Shown: positions 41,416-50,927, counted from the stretch's first letter. The stretch: 64,000 bases of DNA from Candidatus Nomurabacteria bacterium (GCA_037139835.1 JBAXFQ010000001.1:12780-76779); one strand, 5' to 3'. Made by a program: numbers and translations. Notes: generated from the letters alone by a model not told the origin.

Positions 41416-42066
41416 ATGGAAAATAATAAAAATTTTAATAAACTTTCAGTTGTCTCATTAATTTTAATACTAGTAGGTCCATTATTTATAATCCTAGATA
41501 AATTACATATTTATTTACCCAAAGGAGATTTTTGGGAAATATATTTGGTAATAATATCATTTATTCTTGGATTTATTTTTGCAATTATTTCATTATATAA
41601 AATTAAACAATCTGCTGAAAAAGGAAGAATTTTATCTATCGCAACAATAACAATATTTATTATATTATCATTATTAATTTCTTATGCTTTACTTTTTAGC
41701 CAGTCAGATCCCATAAAACCAAATTCAAGAATGAAATCACAATTAGCAAGTGTAAGAGCACAAGCAGAATCATATTATCAATCATCAAATTATTCTTATG
41801 ATGGTTTGTGTGAAGCCACACAAGATAAAAATGGTTTAGGTGGTAATTCTAACTCTGGACTTTTAATGGCAATCTCTGCAGCTTCAGCTAAAAATACAAC
41901 TAAATGTTTTAGTGGTAGCAGTAGTTGGGTTGTAACATCTGGATTGGTTGATATTACAAAGCCATATACACATTATTGTACAGACATGACAGGAGTTTTT
42001 GAACCAATAACAAAAGCTCAAAATGATTCAATTACAAACGCCGATACTCTTTGCCCTCAGCAGTAA
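41416..42066 (+). CDS. Membrane protein: 3 TM (DUF4190-like) fused to a pilin-type globular domain
   Basis: KSQLASVRAQAE, NGLGG..GLL, HYCTD.TG align with pilin 20106-20606. Confidence 0.7.
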   Translation: MENNKNFNKLSVVSLILILVGPLFIILDKLHIYLPKGDFWEIYLVIISFILGFIFAIISLYKIKQSAEKGRILSIATITIFIILSLLISYALLFSQSDPIKPNSRMKSQLASVRAQAESYYQSSNYSYDGLCEATQDKNGLGGNSNSGLLMAISAASAKNTTKCFSGSSSWVVTSGLVDITKPYTHYCTDMTGVFEPITKAQNDSITNADTLCPQQ

Positions 42067-42090
42067 AGGTTCCAACATTGTCCCAACAGT
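42067..42090 (+). repeat. Inter-gene repeat A, copy 2
   Basis: AGGTTCCAACATTGTCCCAACAGT directly after stop codon. Confidence 0.65.
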
Positions 42091-42115
42091 AATCAAATTA
42101 TGGTACAATTAAATT

Positions 42116-42385
42116 ATGAATCTACTAGCCGGTATAATTGTTGGTTTCTTATTTTTTAAATTATTCGCGGGAAAATACGAAGGAGATAAAATTGAAAGAT
42201 CTTTGCGCTTTTCTATCAAAAATAATTATCTACATATCCATCATTGGATTTTTTGTTTAACATTACTAATAATTATTTTAATTCTAGGTTTTAAGAATGA
42301 ATTAATTATTGGATTACTTATAGGTTCTATAGTGCAAGGTTTAACTTATAAAGATAGATTTTTAATTATCTACTCTAAAAGTTAA
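42116..42385 (+). CDS. Small membrane protein
   Basis: HIHHW motif, three hydrophobic segments. Confidence 0.7.
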   Translation: MNLLAGIIVGFLFFKLFAGKYEGDKIERSLRFSIKNNYLHIHHWIFCLTLLIIILILGFKNELIIGLLIGSIVQGLTYKDRFLIIYSKS

Positions 42386-42406
42386 TCTAAATATTTCCAA
42401 TAAAAA

Positions 42407-42434
42407 ATGTTCCAACATCGCCCCAGACAGTCAG
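42407..42434 (+). repeat. Inter-gene repeat A, copy 3
   Basis: ATGTTCCAACATCGCCCCAGACAGTCAG. Confidence 0.7.
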
Positions 42435-42471
42435 ATAGTTCATTCAAGGTTTTACGTGATATAATCATTCC

Positions 42472-43458
42472 ATGGAATCAAACCTTGAAAAAATAAATTC
42501 AACAGTACATTTTAAAAACCAGCCAAAACTCTCTGGCGCAGAGGTTGATAAGAATCGAGATGAAAGACGATTGTCGTTATTTTCTTCTATTGAGAATTTT
42601 TTGTTGAATGATGATTTATTTAAGGGAAAAGAAATTGAAGTTGAATTTTCCCATGAAGGTATTTCTTCATTAGTTTGTTTTATTGAAGGAGGAGAGAAAA
42701 AAATGGTTCTTAAAATTGCTGTAGATAATACCGTAACCGAAGGTAGTGAAGCATTGTTTCTAAGAACGTGGAAATCTATCGGCATCTCAACACCACATAT
42801 TTACAAAGAGGGTAAACTTGCAGGTAGGCCATTTGTTTTGATGGAATATATCGATGCACCTACTGCAGGAGAGAAGTATAATGAGGATAAAGAAGGCAGG
42901 GAGAGTATGCATCTTGAAGTAGGGAGAATTTTACGCAAAATGCACAAACCAGAATCTATTGGATTTGGTAAGGTTATAGACGGCAAAGGAGAGTATACTT
43001 CTTTTAGAGAATGGATTGATACTCCAGATATGAGCAACAGAGTAAAGTATATAGAAGAAAATAATTTATTAACTTTAGAGCATGGAACATTTTCTCAAGC
43101 TAGAAATATTCTGGTTGATTATGTAGGTGATAGTAATAAAAGCAGTTATTGCCATTTTGATTATAGTGCTGGGCATCTTTTTGCCACAGAACCTCTAACC
43201 GTCTTTGATCCGAATCCTCTTTTTAATAATGGATATATAGATTTGGGGCGTACTTTAGTAAATTATATCGCTGCTAGTGGAACATATCCTAAAAAGATTG
43301 TGGAGGGTTATTTTGAAGAAGGTGGATTAGATGAAAAAGTTTTGCATGCCTCAATATTTATCAATATAATCTACAAGTTACCATACCAGTATCAGAAAGG
43401 AAAATCACAAACTATACAAAACTTCCAAAATTATCTTTCTCAGAATAAATTTCTCTAG
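42472..43458 (+). CDS. Aminoglycoside phosphotransferase/choline-kinase-like protein
   Basis: VLKI, LMEYID, LRKMH, CHFDY...H, VFDP. Confidence 0.75.
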   Translation: MESNLEKINSTVHFKNQPKLSGAEVDKNRDERRLSLFSSIENFLLNDDLFKGKEIEVEFSHEGISSLVCFIEGGEKKMVLKIAVDNTVTEGSEALFLRTWKSIGISTPHIYKEGKLAGRPFVLMEYIDAPTAGEKYNEDKEGRESMHLEVGRILRKMHKPESIGFGKVIDGKGEYTSFREWIDTPDMSNRVKYIEENNLLTLEHGTFSQARNILVDYVGDSNKSSYCHFDYSAGHLFATEPLTVFDPNPLFNNGYIDLGRTLVNYIAASGTYPKKIVEGYFEEGGLDEKVLHASIFINIIYKLPYQYQKGKSQTIQNFQNYLSQNKFL

Positions 43459-43478
43459 ATATAGTATGTTTTCTATAT

Positions 43479-43508
43479 CTGTCTATCACTTTGGAACTTT
43501 GTTATAAT
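43479..43508 (+). repeat. Inter-gene repeat B with embedded -10 box; second copy at 45512-45541
   Basis: CTGTCTATCACTTTGGAACTTTGTTATAAT vs CTGTCTATCACTTTAGAACTTTGGTATAAT (28/30). Confidence 0.8.
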
Positions 43509-43515
43509 CAAAACT

Positions 43516-43992
43516 ATGAATAAAGAAATATTTCAAACGAAAAATTTTACTGTAGAATCAGTAGAAAAACCACATATAACTAGGATAGATGGTGGTCATA
43601 TCATGATTAGACCGAAATCAAGGATTGTTGATAGGACTAAACTTACTCCAGATGCGGCGATAGAATTGATGAAATTGACTATGATAATAGGTGAAGCGAT
43701 GGCAAATGGACTTAATAAGGCGGGTATTGATATAGGAAGAATCAATTACCAAGATAATGGGAATTGGAGTGTATTTAAACCTGAAGGTCCTTATTTTCAT
43801 ATCCATTTATATGGTAGAGCAAAAAGTGCTAAGATTCAAAAATATGGAGATGCTTGTTATTTTCCACATATAGATACTGGTTTCTATGATTCATTTGAAC
43901 CATTAAATGATAATGATATAGAAGAAATTAAAAAAGAGATTGAATTAATAATTAAACAAGAAAAATACCAAGATAAAAATTGGCATATTTAA
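43516..43992 (+). CDS. HIT-like nucleotide hydrolase
   Basis: DGGHIMI, INYQDNGN, YFHIHLYGR. Confidence 0.75.
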   Translation: MNKEIFQTKNFTVESVEKPHITRIDGGHIMIRPKSRIVDRTKLTPDAAIELMKLTMIIGEAMANGLNKAGIDIGRINYQDNGNWSVFKPEGPYFHIHLYGRAKSAKIQKYGDACYFPHIDTGFYDSFEPLNDNDIEEIKKEIELIIKQEKYQDKNWHI

Positions 43993-43999
43993 TAAAAAA

Positions 44000-44635
44000 A
44001 TGGAAAAACAAAATTATTGTAATTTATATTTAGTTCGTCACGGAGAAACTGAATGGAATGTAAAAAATATTATTCAAGGACAATCAAATTCCAATCTAAC
44101 CGAGAAGGGTATAGAGCAAGCCATGAAAACAGGGGATGAATTGAGAGATATTAAATTTGATGCAATTTTTTCTTCAGATTCAACTCGAGCACACAATACT
44201 GCGGAAATAATCAAATTAGACAGAGAATTAATAATAGAAACGTCTCATTTATTAAGAGAAAGAAATTTTGGTAGTTTTGAAGGTAGACATGCAAGTGAAT
44301 TCCTTGAAGCTTTTAGAGAAAAATTAAAAGAAAAAGAAACTTTATCAGGTGAAGAAGGATGGAATTTCACTGTTGCCTCTGATATAGAAACTGATGAAAT
44401 GATTGTATCAAGATTCATTACTAAATTACGTGAAATAGCTGTTGCTTATCCCAATCAGACGGTGTTAGTAGTTAGTCATGGTGGACCAATAAGAATGTTT
44501 CTAGCAAAAATAGGATATGCAAAAAGAGAAGAACTCGTTGGTGGTTCTTTAAAAAATGCTGGATGTGTCAATGTTCTTTCTGATGGTGTTGATTTTATTC
44601 TTCAAAGTGTAAAAGGAGTGGAATTATCTAAATAA
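44000..44635 (+). CDS. Histidine phosphatase (PGM family)
   Basis: LVRHGETEWN, LRERNFG, VVSHGG. Confidence 0.92.
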   Translation: MEKQNYCNLYLVRHGETEWNVKNIIQGQSNSNLTEKGIEQAMKTGDELRDIKFDAIFSSDSTRAHNTAEIIKLDRELIIETSHLLRERNFGSFEGRHASEFLEAFREKLKEKETLSGEEGWNFTVASDIETDEMIVSRFITKLREIAVAYPNQTVLVVSHGGPIRMFLAKIGYAKREELVGGSLKNAGCVNVLSDGVDFILQSVKGVELSK

Positions 44636-44684
44636 TCATATTCTCAAACTAAAAGTTACCATCATCGTCTCTGTAATTATATAC

Positions 44685-44716
44685 AAAAAATGACCTCGCA
44701 CTTACGTCGAGGTCAT
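44685..44716 (-). terminator. Intrinsic terminator
   Basis: AAAAAATGACCTCG..CGAGGTCATT hairpin. Confidence 0.6.
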
Positions 44717-44809
44717 TCACATTCCAGAGTTATCTACCAGATAAGGGCCTTTGTTTCTAGAGGTTTTAATTTCAACCTCGAACTGTCTTGTGGTAGCGCA
44801 TTCTGTTAA

Positions 44810-45445
44810 CTAATTTAAACATAAAATTCTGAGTGCTTCCCTGTAAGCAGGTCCATCGCACATAGTCTTCATTTTTTCCTGATGTTCTTGTGGAGTAATA
44901 CCAACTTCCACAAGAAGTGGATCAGAAATATAAATAATTCTTCCGCAATCAACCTCTTTTTCAACGAAGTGGATTGTAGAAGCTGTATATTTCTCTCCAG
45001 CCTCTATAGCCATTCTAACCGCATCATCACCAGTATACTTTGGTTTTCCTTCTTCATTCTTGATACTTAAATCAGCAGGGTGGACATTGATAATCGGACA
45101 ATAGCCAAGCAGGGGTTCTGTTATCTCTAACATAAATCCTGAGAGTATAATAATATCAGGATTAAACGGCTTAATGAGATCCAGCATCTCTTTGAAATAA
45201 TCCCTTCTTACCCAGATTGGCATATCCCTAAGTTTTCCATCAAATCCAGAGTCAAAGCAAAAATGTCTTGTATTTAATCCTATAAAAGGAATATCTTTCT
45301 CTTTACAAAACTTTTCACCCTTAGTATCTTTCTTGTTTGAGATACAGCACACAACCTCGTAACTCTTCCCATAATTTTTGTCTTTTTCAAACAAATACCT
45401 GAGAGAACTTGCACTTCCTGAGAATAAAACAGCGATTCTTTTCAT
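44810..45445 (-). CDS. purN: Formyltransferase, PurN-like
   Basis: IAVLFSGSAS, ILSGFM, INVHPA, TIHFVEKEVDCG. Confidence 0.75.
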   Translation of the reverse strand: MKRIAVLFSGSASSLRYLFEKDKNYGKSYEVVCCISNKKDTKGEKFCKEKDIPFIGLNTRHFCFDSGFDGKLRDMPIWVRRDYFKEMLDLIKPFNPDIIILSGFMLEITEPLLGYCPIINVHPADLSIKNEEGKPKYTGDDAVRMAIEAGEKYTASTIHFVEKEVDCGRIIYISDPLLVEVGITPQEHQEKMKTMCDGPAYREALRILCLN

Positions 45446-45547
45446 ACGTTTAATTGTTTAAAATGTTCATTATTTAAGAACATATTACTTAAAAATGAAT
45501 ATTAAGCAAGCCTGTCTATCACTTTAGAACTTTGGTATAATATAATT

Positions 45548-45757
45548 ATGCAAAAAATATCAACAAGAATTTTTATCTATTCATCTATAGTTTTTGGAAT
45601 TATCGGTATTTTAGTTGTGATAACCGGCTCTGGACCGGATTCACCTGATTCTTATATTAGCAAAATACTAATTAGGCTTTTGTTTGCAACTGTATTTGTC
45701 ATACTGCCTTCATTTGCTTTAAGCGTTGCTGGTAAGTACTTAAACGATAGGTCTTAA
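45548..45757 (+). CDS. Small 2-TM protein
   Basis: Hydrophobic 69 aa ORF with its own -10 box. Confidence 0.7.
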   Translation: MQKISTRIFIYSSIVFGIIGILVVITGSGPDSPDSYISKILIRLLFATVFVILPSFALSVAGKYLNDRS

Positions 45758-45831
45758 TTCTAGATAAAGTTTTTGTTTTAATCCTGATCTTAAGATAGGG
45801 TTTTTAACTATTATTTTGATATAATTAGCAA

Positions 45832-46134
45832 ATGACAAAATACAACAAATTAGTAAGAGATAAAATACCAGAAATGCTAGATAATAAAGGTATTTCGTAT
45901 GAAAAAAGAATAGCTTCAGATGATGAATATAAAATAGAACTAATTAAAAAACTAGACGAAGAAGTAAAAGAATTTTTAGAGGAAAATATTACAGAAGAGT
46001 TGGCTGATATTATAGAAGTAGTCGAAGCACTAAAAAGATTACCTGAGTATAGTGATGTAGAAGAAGTTCGTATTCAAAAATTAAAAGATAGGGGAGGATT
46101 TGATAAAAAGATAATACTTAAAGGAGAAAAATGA
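45832..46134 (+). CDS. MazG-like/PRA-PH nucleoside triphosphate pyrophosphohydrolase
   Basis: YNKLVRDKIPE, KLDEEVKEF, EELADIIEV, RGGF. Confidence 0.88.
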   Translation: MTKYNKLVRDKIPEMLDNKGISYEKRIASDDEYKIELIKKLDEEVKEFLEENITEELADIIEVVEALKRLPEYSDVEEVRIQKLKDRGGFDKKIILKGEK

Positions 46135-46559
46135 TATATCTAGAAAAACCAGAAAATTTTAATCCTAAATTTGAAGTTGTGAGTTGCTTTTTTAAGCAAG
46201 AAGGAAAGTTTCTATTGCTCCATCGTTTAGATTCAAAACCACAAGGAGATACTTGGGGTGTTCCAGCAGGGAAGGTTGAGAAAGGTGAAAGTTCTATCGA
46301 TGCTATTTGTAGAGAGATTATGGAGGAGACAGGGTATAATAATTTTAAGATATTACCTGAATTAACTCATACTATTTTTGTTAAGTATTCTGATTATGAT
46401 TTCATCTATTATATTTATGGTTTAGATATAGATAAAGATTACTTAATTAAAATAGAAACTAACGCTCATAAAGGATTTAGGTGGGTTAATAAAGAAGAAG
46501 CTTTGAAGATGAATTTAATCCAAGACCTGGATTCTTGTATTGATCTTTATTTCAAATAA
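46131..46559 (+). CDS. NUDIX hydrolase
   Basis: GKVEKGESSIDAICREIMEETG Nudix box. Confidence 0.92.
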   Translation: MIYLEKPENFNPKFEVVSCFFKQEGKFLLLHRLDSKPQGDTWGVPAGKVEKGESSIDAICREIMEETGYNNFKILPELTHTIFVKYSDYDFIYYIYGLDIDKDYLIKIETNAHKGFRWVNKEEALKMNLIQDLDSCIDLYFK

Positions 46560-46648
46560 AGTATTTAATTAAAACCCTGAAATAGTTTCTAATATTGCTT
46601 AAAATCACTACCAACGACTTTTTGAGATTGTTCTGGTATAATTTAATT

Positions 46649-47014
46649 ATGGATGAATTGAAGAAGATTATATATAAATTAGAAACAGACTTGCTTAAAC
46701 CAGAAGTTAGAAGTTCATTTAAAACGCTTGATGAAATTATAGCAAATGATTTTATTGAATATGGGAGTTCTGGTCTTATTTATAATAAAGATATGATTTT
46801 AGAAAGATTACCAAAAGCAATTTCTCCTTCTTATTCTTTGTATGATTTTGAGGTTATTTTTTTAGCAGAAAATATAATTCAGACAAGATTCAAAACAGAT
46901 AGGATAAATCTAAATAATACCAAAACAACTTCTTTTAGAAGTTCTATTTGGAAAAATACTGGAAAAAAGTGGCAAATAATATTTCACCAAGGAACACCAA
47001 TTAATTATTTATAA
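46649..47014 (+). CDS. DUF4440/NTF2-like protein
   Basis: DFIEYGSSG, RSSIW, WQIIFHQGT; ATG 46649 follows a -10 box. Confidence 0.85.
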   Translation: MDELKKIIYKLETDLLKPEVRSSFKTLDEIIANDFIEYGSSGLIYNKDMILERLPKAISPSYSLYDFEVIFLAENIIQTRFKTDRINLNNTKTTSFRSSIWKNTGKKWQIIFHQGTPINYL

Positions 47015-47017
47015 ATT

Positions 47018-47359
47018 ATGAAAGATAAGATAATTGATTTTTGGGCTGTAAATATTCTTTTTATTTTACATTTTATCTTTGTAATTATAATATTTTTTGG
47101 TTGGGTATTTCCTAGTATCCATTTCATATATGTCTTGATCTTATCGGGGACACTGCTATGCTGGGTTGTTTTAGGATATTGTCCTATAACAAGATGGGAA
47201 TTTAATATCAGGAGAAAATACGAACCAAATCTTAATTATAAGAATGAATATTTAGAATATTATTTTAGCAAATTTTTAAAAATAAATATTCCTGTAACTT
47301 ATATTAGATTTTACGGAACTTTGTTTATCATTTTGTCTTTATTGATTTCAACTATATAA
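47018..47359 (+). CDS. DUF2784-like membrane protein
   Basis: LHFIF, GYCPITRWE.NIR. Confidence 0.7.
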   Translation: MKDKIIDFWAVNILFILHFIFVIIIFFGWVFPSIHFIYVLILSGTLLCWVVLGYCPITRWEFNIRRKYEPNLNYKNEYLEYYFSKFLKINIPVTYIRFYGTLFIILSLLISTI

Positions 47360-47371
47360 TATCTAAACTAT

Positions 47372-47689
47372 ATGCTTACTTTTTCTGAACGTGTTATTAA
47401 AATAGCCCTTGCGATTCCTCCTGGTAGGGTGACCACTTATGGGCGTATTGCTCGTGCGGCAGGAGCAGGGCCTATGGCATCTCAGAGTATTACTACTATT
47501 TTAGGTAAAGCTTATTTTTCTGGTATAAAAAATATTCCTTTTCATAGGATAGTATATGCCGATGGAAAAGTATGGCTAAATGATGAGTATGGTAAAAAAA
47601 GATTAGCATTATACAAAAAAGAAGGTATTAAGCTCGATAAGAATAACAGAATTATTAATTTTAGAGATGTTTTGTTTGAGTTTAAATAA
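47372..47689 (+). CDS. Alkyltransferase-like (ATL/MGMT-family) DNA-binding protein
   Basis: IPPGRVTTYGRIA; IPFHRIV in place of catalytic PCHR. Confidence 0.85.
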   Translation: MLTFSERVIKIALAIPPGRVTTYGRIARAAGAGPMASQSITTILGKAYFSGIKNIPFHRIVYADGKVWLNDEYGKKRLALYKKEGIKLDKNNRIINFRDVLFEFK

Positions 47690-47707
47690 ATTTGGTATAA
47701 TGGATAT

Positions 47708-47944
47708 ATGAAAACAAAAAATTGTGAGAGTTGTATGATGCCTTTTAATAAAGACACTGGAGTAAGAGAGTCAGATAAATACTGTAGTCTTTGTTATAAA
47801 GATGGCAAGCTTTGTTATGAAGGAAATGATATAAAAGAGTTTCAGAGGGTTTGTTACAAGTCCATGTTGGATAAGGGTATAAATAAATATCTAGCTAAAT
47901 TTTATACTTGGATGATAAAGTTTGCTCCTCGTTGGAAGAAATAA
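47708..47944 (+). CDS. Putative zinc-ribbon protein
   Basis: CESCMMP, YCSLCYKDG, PRWK. Confidence 0.8.
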   Translation: MKTKNCESCMMPFNKDTGVRESDKYCSLCYKDGKLCYEGNDIKEFQRVCYKSMLDKGINKYLAKFYTWMIKFAPRWKK

Positions 47945-47949
47945 AATAT

Positions 47950-48510
47950 ATGAAAATAATCAGAATTATACTTCTCATTTTAATAATCATAGGGCTAGCT
48001 CTTTTGGCTACACAAAAAATTTGGGTGCCTAAATTAGTTGATAGAATTATTTCATCAGAAACTAAAACAAATGTTATACATATAGATAATAAGTCTACTA
48101 TGCTTGCACCTAAAGCAAATATTTCTTTGGTAGATGGTAGACAGTGCTATACTTATAATCACGAAGCAACTAAGACTGAGCCATATAAGGTCAGTGAATT
48201 TATGGATATAACCATTAAAGGCGAATCCGTAATTGGAACTAAAAAGGGGACACAAAGTGGCCCAGACCTTACAAATGGATACACTGGAAGTATCATAGGG
48301 ACTTTGAACAAAGATACTATCACATCAGTACTTTCATATACAGTAGAAGGATCGAAAGGTAAAGAGAAAGAAATATATAAAGCAGATAAAACTGGTATTG
48401 AGAAATTGCGATACCCACTTATCGAAGAAAAAGGAGTACTAGTACCAGATATAACTAAAGAATTTAAGATAATGCATTATTCTCGTGTTGGATGCGAATC
48501 TGCTAATTAA
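47950..48510 (+). CDS. Hypothetical exported protein
   Basis: N-terminal TM IGLALLATQKIWVPKLVD; ATG 47950 preferred. Confidence 0.7.
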   Translation: MKIIRIILLILIIIGLALLATQKIWVPKLVDRIISSETKTNVIHIDNKSTMLAPKANISLVDGRQCYTYNHEATKTEPYKVSEFMDITIKGESVIGTKKGTQSGPDLTNGYTGSIIGTLNKDTITSVLSYTVEGSKGKEKEIYKADKTGIEKLRYPLIEEKGVLVPDITKEFKIMHYSRVGCESAN

Positions 48511-48574
48511 TTTGTATCATTTGTAAATATTAGAAATTTATATAATTGGTCTATAAATATGGTAATATATAATC

Positions 48575-49561
48575 ATGGAAAAAAATGAACATTTTTTGGG
48601 TTGGGATGCACTTATTCGTATTGTTATAATGGGGGTTTTAATTTTTCTTTGTTGGAAAGTCCTTCCTATTATGCCAGTTGTTTTAGTCTCATTAGCATTA
48701 ACAGCCGCTTTCTATCCTACAGTAATTAAAGTCCAGAAAAAGACAAAAATACCAATGATTATTTGTATTTTTTTGATTTTAGTTATACCTATCGTTCCTT
48801 TTGTTGTTTTAGGTTTTATTTTCATTCCTCGTATTATAAAAGAGATTCCTGTCTTATTAGGTAGTATAAATAATGTTGTAGGCCACTCATCATTTCTTTC
48901 TTCTTTTTTGAAAGATTTTAATATTGTTACTTACTTAAAAACTCATCTAGACTACACGACTGCCACAGTTAATATAACTTTTATAATTGTTTCAATAATT
49001 ACGACTATAATTCTGACTTTTTTCCTTATGTATGATATGAAAAGATTATCAGAATTGTTTTTAAATAACTTACCTTTAAAAGAAAAAGATAGTGTAAAAG
49101 AATTGATAGAAGAGATAGCAGTAGTAACAGGTAAATATATAAGAGGGAATGTTATCATTTCTATAATATGTGGAGTTGTTGTCTATACTGGACTTACACT
49201 TTTAGGTGTTCCTTTTGCTTTGCCCTTAGCTTTGTTTGCAGCAATTTTTGATTTGTTACCTTTGGTCGGACAGACCATAGGCGCAATACCTGCGGTTATC
49301 ATTGGCTTTGGTGTATCACCAACGATAGGTATATTAGTTGTCATTTTACATTTCCTTTACCAGCAAATCGAGAATAATATAATCTCGCCTTTGATTTACA
49401 ATAAGGCACTCGATCTTTATCCTTCAGTTGTTTTTCTGTCTGTGTTGATAGGAGCAAGCCTATTTGGTATCTTAGGAGCATTTTTATCTCTCCCCGTTGC
49501 TGCTAGTATTCCTGCTATGATTAACTATCGAAAAAATTATAAAATTAGACATAGTGCTTAA
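48575..49561 (+). CDS. AI-2E family transporter
   Basis: YIRG, LPLVG, QQIENNIISP, GILGAFLSLP. Confidence 0.9.
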   Translation: MEKNEHFLGWDALIRIVIMGVLIFLCWKVLPIMPVVLVSLALTAAFYPTVIKVQKKTKIPMIICIFLILVIPIVPFVVLGFIFIPRIIKEIPVLLGSINNVVGHSSFLSSFLKDFNIVTYLKTHLDYTTATVNITFIIVSIITTIILTFFLMYDMKRLSELFLNNLPLKEKDSVKELIEEIAVVTGKYIRGNVIISIICGVVVYTGLTLLGVPFALPLALFAAIFDLLPLVGQTIGAIPAVIIGFGVSPTIGILVVILHFLYQQIENNIISPLIYNKALDLYPSVVFLSVLIGASLFGILGAFLSLPVAASIPAMINYRKNYKIRHSA

Positions 49562-49581
49562 TAATTAATTATATCTATAAA

Positions 49582-50304
49582 ATGAATAAAATAAGAAATC
49601 CGATTACTCACGTAGAGTTAAGTGACTCAATGAGTAATAATAAATTGAATTGGTTGAGGGCTGCAGTCTTAGGAGCCAATGATGGTATTGTCTCAACTTC
49701 TGCTGTTATTGTTGGGGTTGCTGGAGCTTCTAACTCGAAGAGTTTTATATTGACGGCTGGTGTAGCTAGTTTAGTTGCTGGGGCTCTTTCTATGGCTGTA
49801 GGAGAGTATATATCTGTAAGTACACAAAGAGATACAGAGAAATCATTACTTGAAAAAGAACGTATAGAGCTTGCCACTGTTCCAGATGAGGAATTAGAAG
49901 AGCTTACTGGTATATATGAGAAAAAAGGTTTATCTAGAATTACGGCTGAAATAGTAGCAAAAGAATTAACAGCTCATGATGCCTTTAGTGCTCATGTTGA
50001 AGCCGAACTCGGTATAGATCCAAATAACCTCACCAAGCCTTTAAACGCAGCTTATGCTTCAGGGCTAGCTTTCTTTTCTGGAGCTATCATTCCTATTGTC
50101 CTAATAATAATTTCACCTGTAGCTTACTGTATACCTGTTACATTTATAGCTGTCGTTCTAGCTCTCGTAGCCACTGGGACACTTAGTGCTCATGCTGGAG
50201 GCTCTAGTAAGTCTAAGGCGGTAATACGTGTAGTGGCTGGAGGCTTGATAGCTATGGTAGTCACTTTTGGTATAGGCAAACTATTCGGAGTTGCTGGTAT
50301 ATAA
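49582..50304 (+). CDS. VIT1/CCC1-family Fe/Mn transporter
   Basis: LRAAVLGANDGIVS, SMAVGEYISVS.QRD. Confidence 0.93.
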   Translation: MNKIRNPITHVELSDSMSNNKLNWLRAAVLGANDGIVSTSAVIVGVAGASNSKSFILTAGVASLVAGALSMAVGEYISVSTQRDTEKSLLEKERIELATVPDEELEELTGIYEKKGLSRITAEIVAKELTAHDAFSAHVEAELGIDPNNLTKPLNAAYASGLAFFSGAIIPIVLIIISPVAYCIPVTFIAVVLALVATGTLSAHAGGSSKSKAVIRVVAGGLIAMVVTFGIGKLFGVAGI

Positions 50305-50349
50305 AATACCATTGTTTGAATAATATCAACTATTTGTTAAAATAAAAGT

Positions 50350-50913
50350 ATGATAAATATAAATTCAACAGTCCCTGATTTTGAGTTAGATTCATATCAG
50401 GATAATAATATTAAAAAAATTAAGCTTTCAGATTACAAAGGCAAGTGGGTAGTTCTTATTTTTTACCCAGCTGATTTCACTTTTGTTTGTCCTACTGAAT
50501 TAGAAGATGCAGTGACACACTATGAAGAAGTAAAAGCATTAGGAGGGGAGATTATGAGTATCAGTACAGATACTGCTTTTTCTCATAAAGCTTGGCATGA
50601 TGAATCACCTGCAATAAGTAAGATAAATTATCCTATGTTGGCAGATCCTACAGGCAAAGTCTCAATGATGTTTGGAACATATATAGAGGAAGAGGGTCTA
50701 TCTTTAAGAGGTACCTTTATAATTGATCCTGATGGAGTTCTAAAAACAATTGAGATTCACGATAATAATATAGGACGAAGTGCAAAAGAAATGGTTCGTA
50801 AACTAGAAGCTGCAAAATTTGTCAGAGAGCATGATGGAAATGTTTGTCCTGCAAGTTGGGAACCTGGTAAAGATGTCTTAACTCCTGGTATAGATCTTAT
50901 AGGTAAGATATAG
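50350..50913 (+). CDS. ahpC: 2-Cys peroxiredoxin AhpC
   Basis: FYPADFTFVCPTE, VCPASW. Confidence 0.95.
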   Translation: MININSTVPDFELDSYQDNNIKKIKLSDYKGKWVVLIFYPADFTFVCPTELEDAVTHYEEVKALGGEIMSISTDTAFSHKAWHDESPAISKINYPMLADPTGKVSMMFGTYIEEEGLSLRGTFIIDPDGVLKTIEIHDNNIGRSAKEMVRKLEAAKFVREHDGNVCPASWEPGKDVLTPGIDLIGKI

Positions 50914-50927
50914 AATATATTTTTAAA

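Noticed and set aside
41351-46625. CRISPR array or classical integron attC sites
   Set aside because: Repeats are degenerate, separated by whole genes, lack RYYYAAC/GTTRRRY palindromic structure, and no cas or intI gene is present
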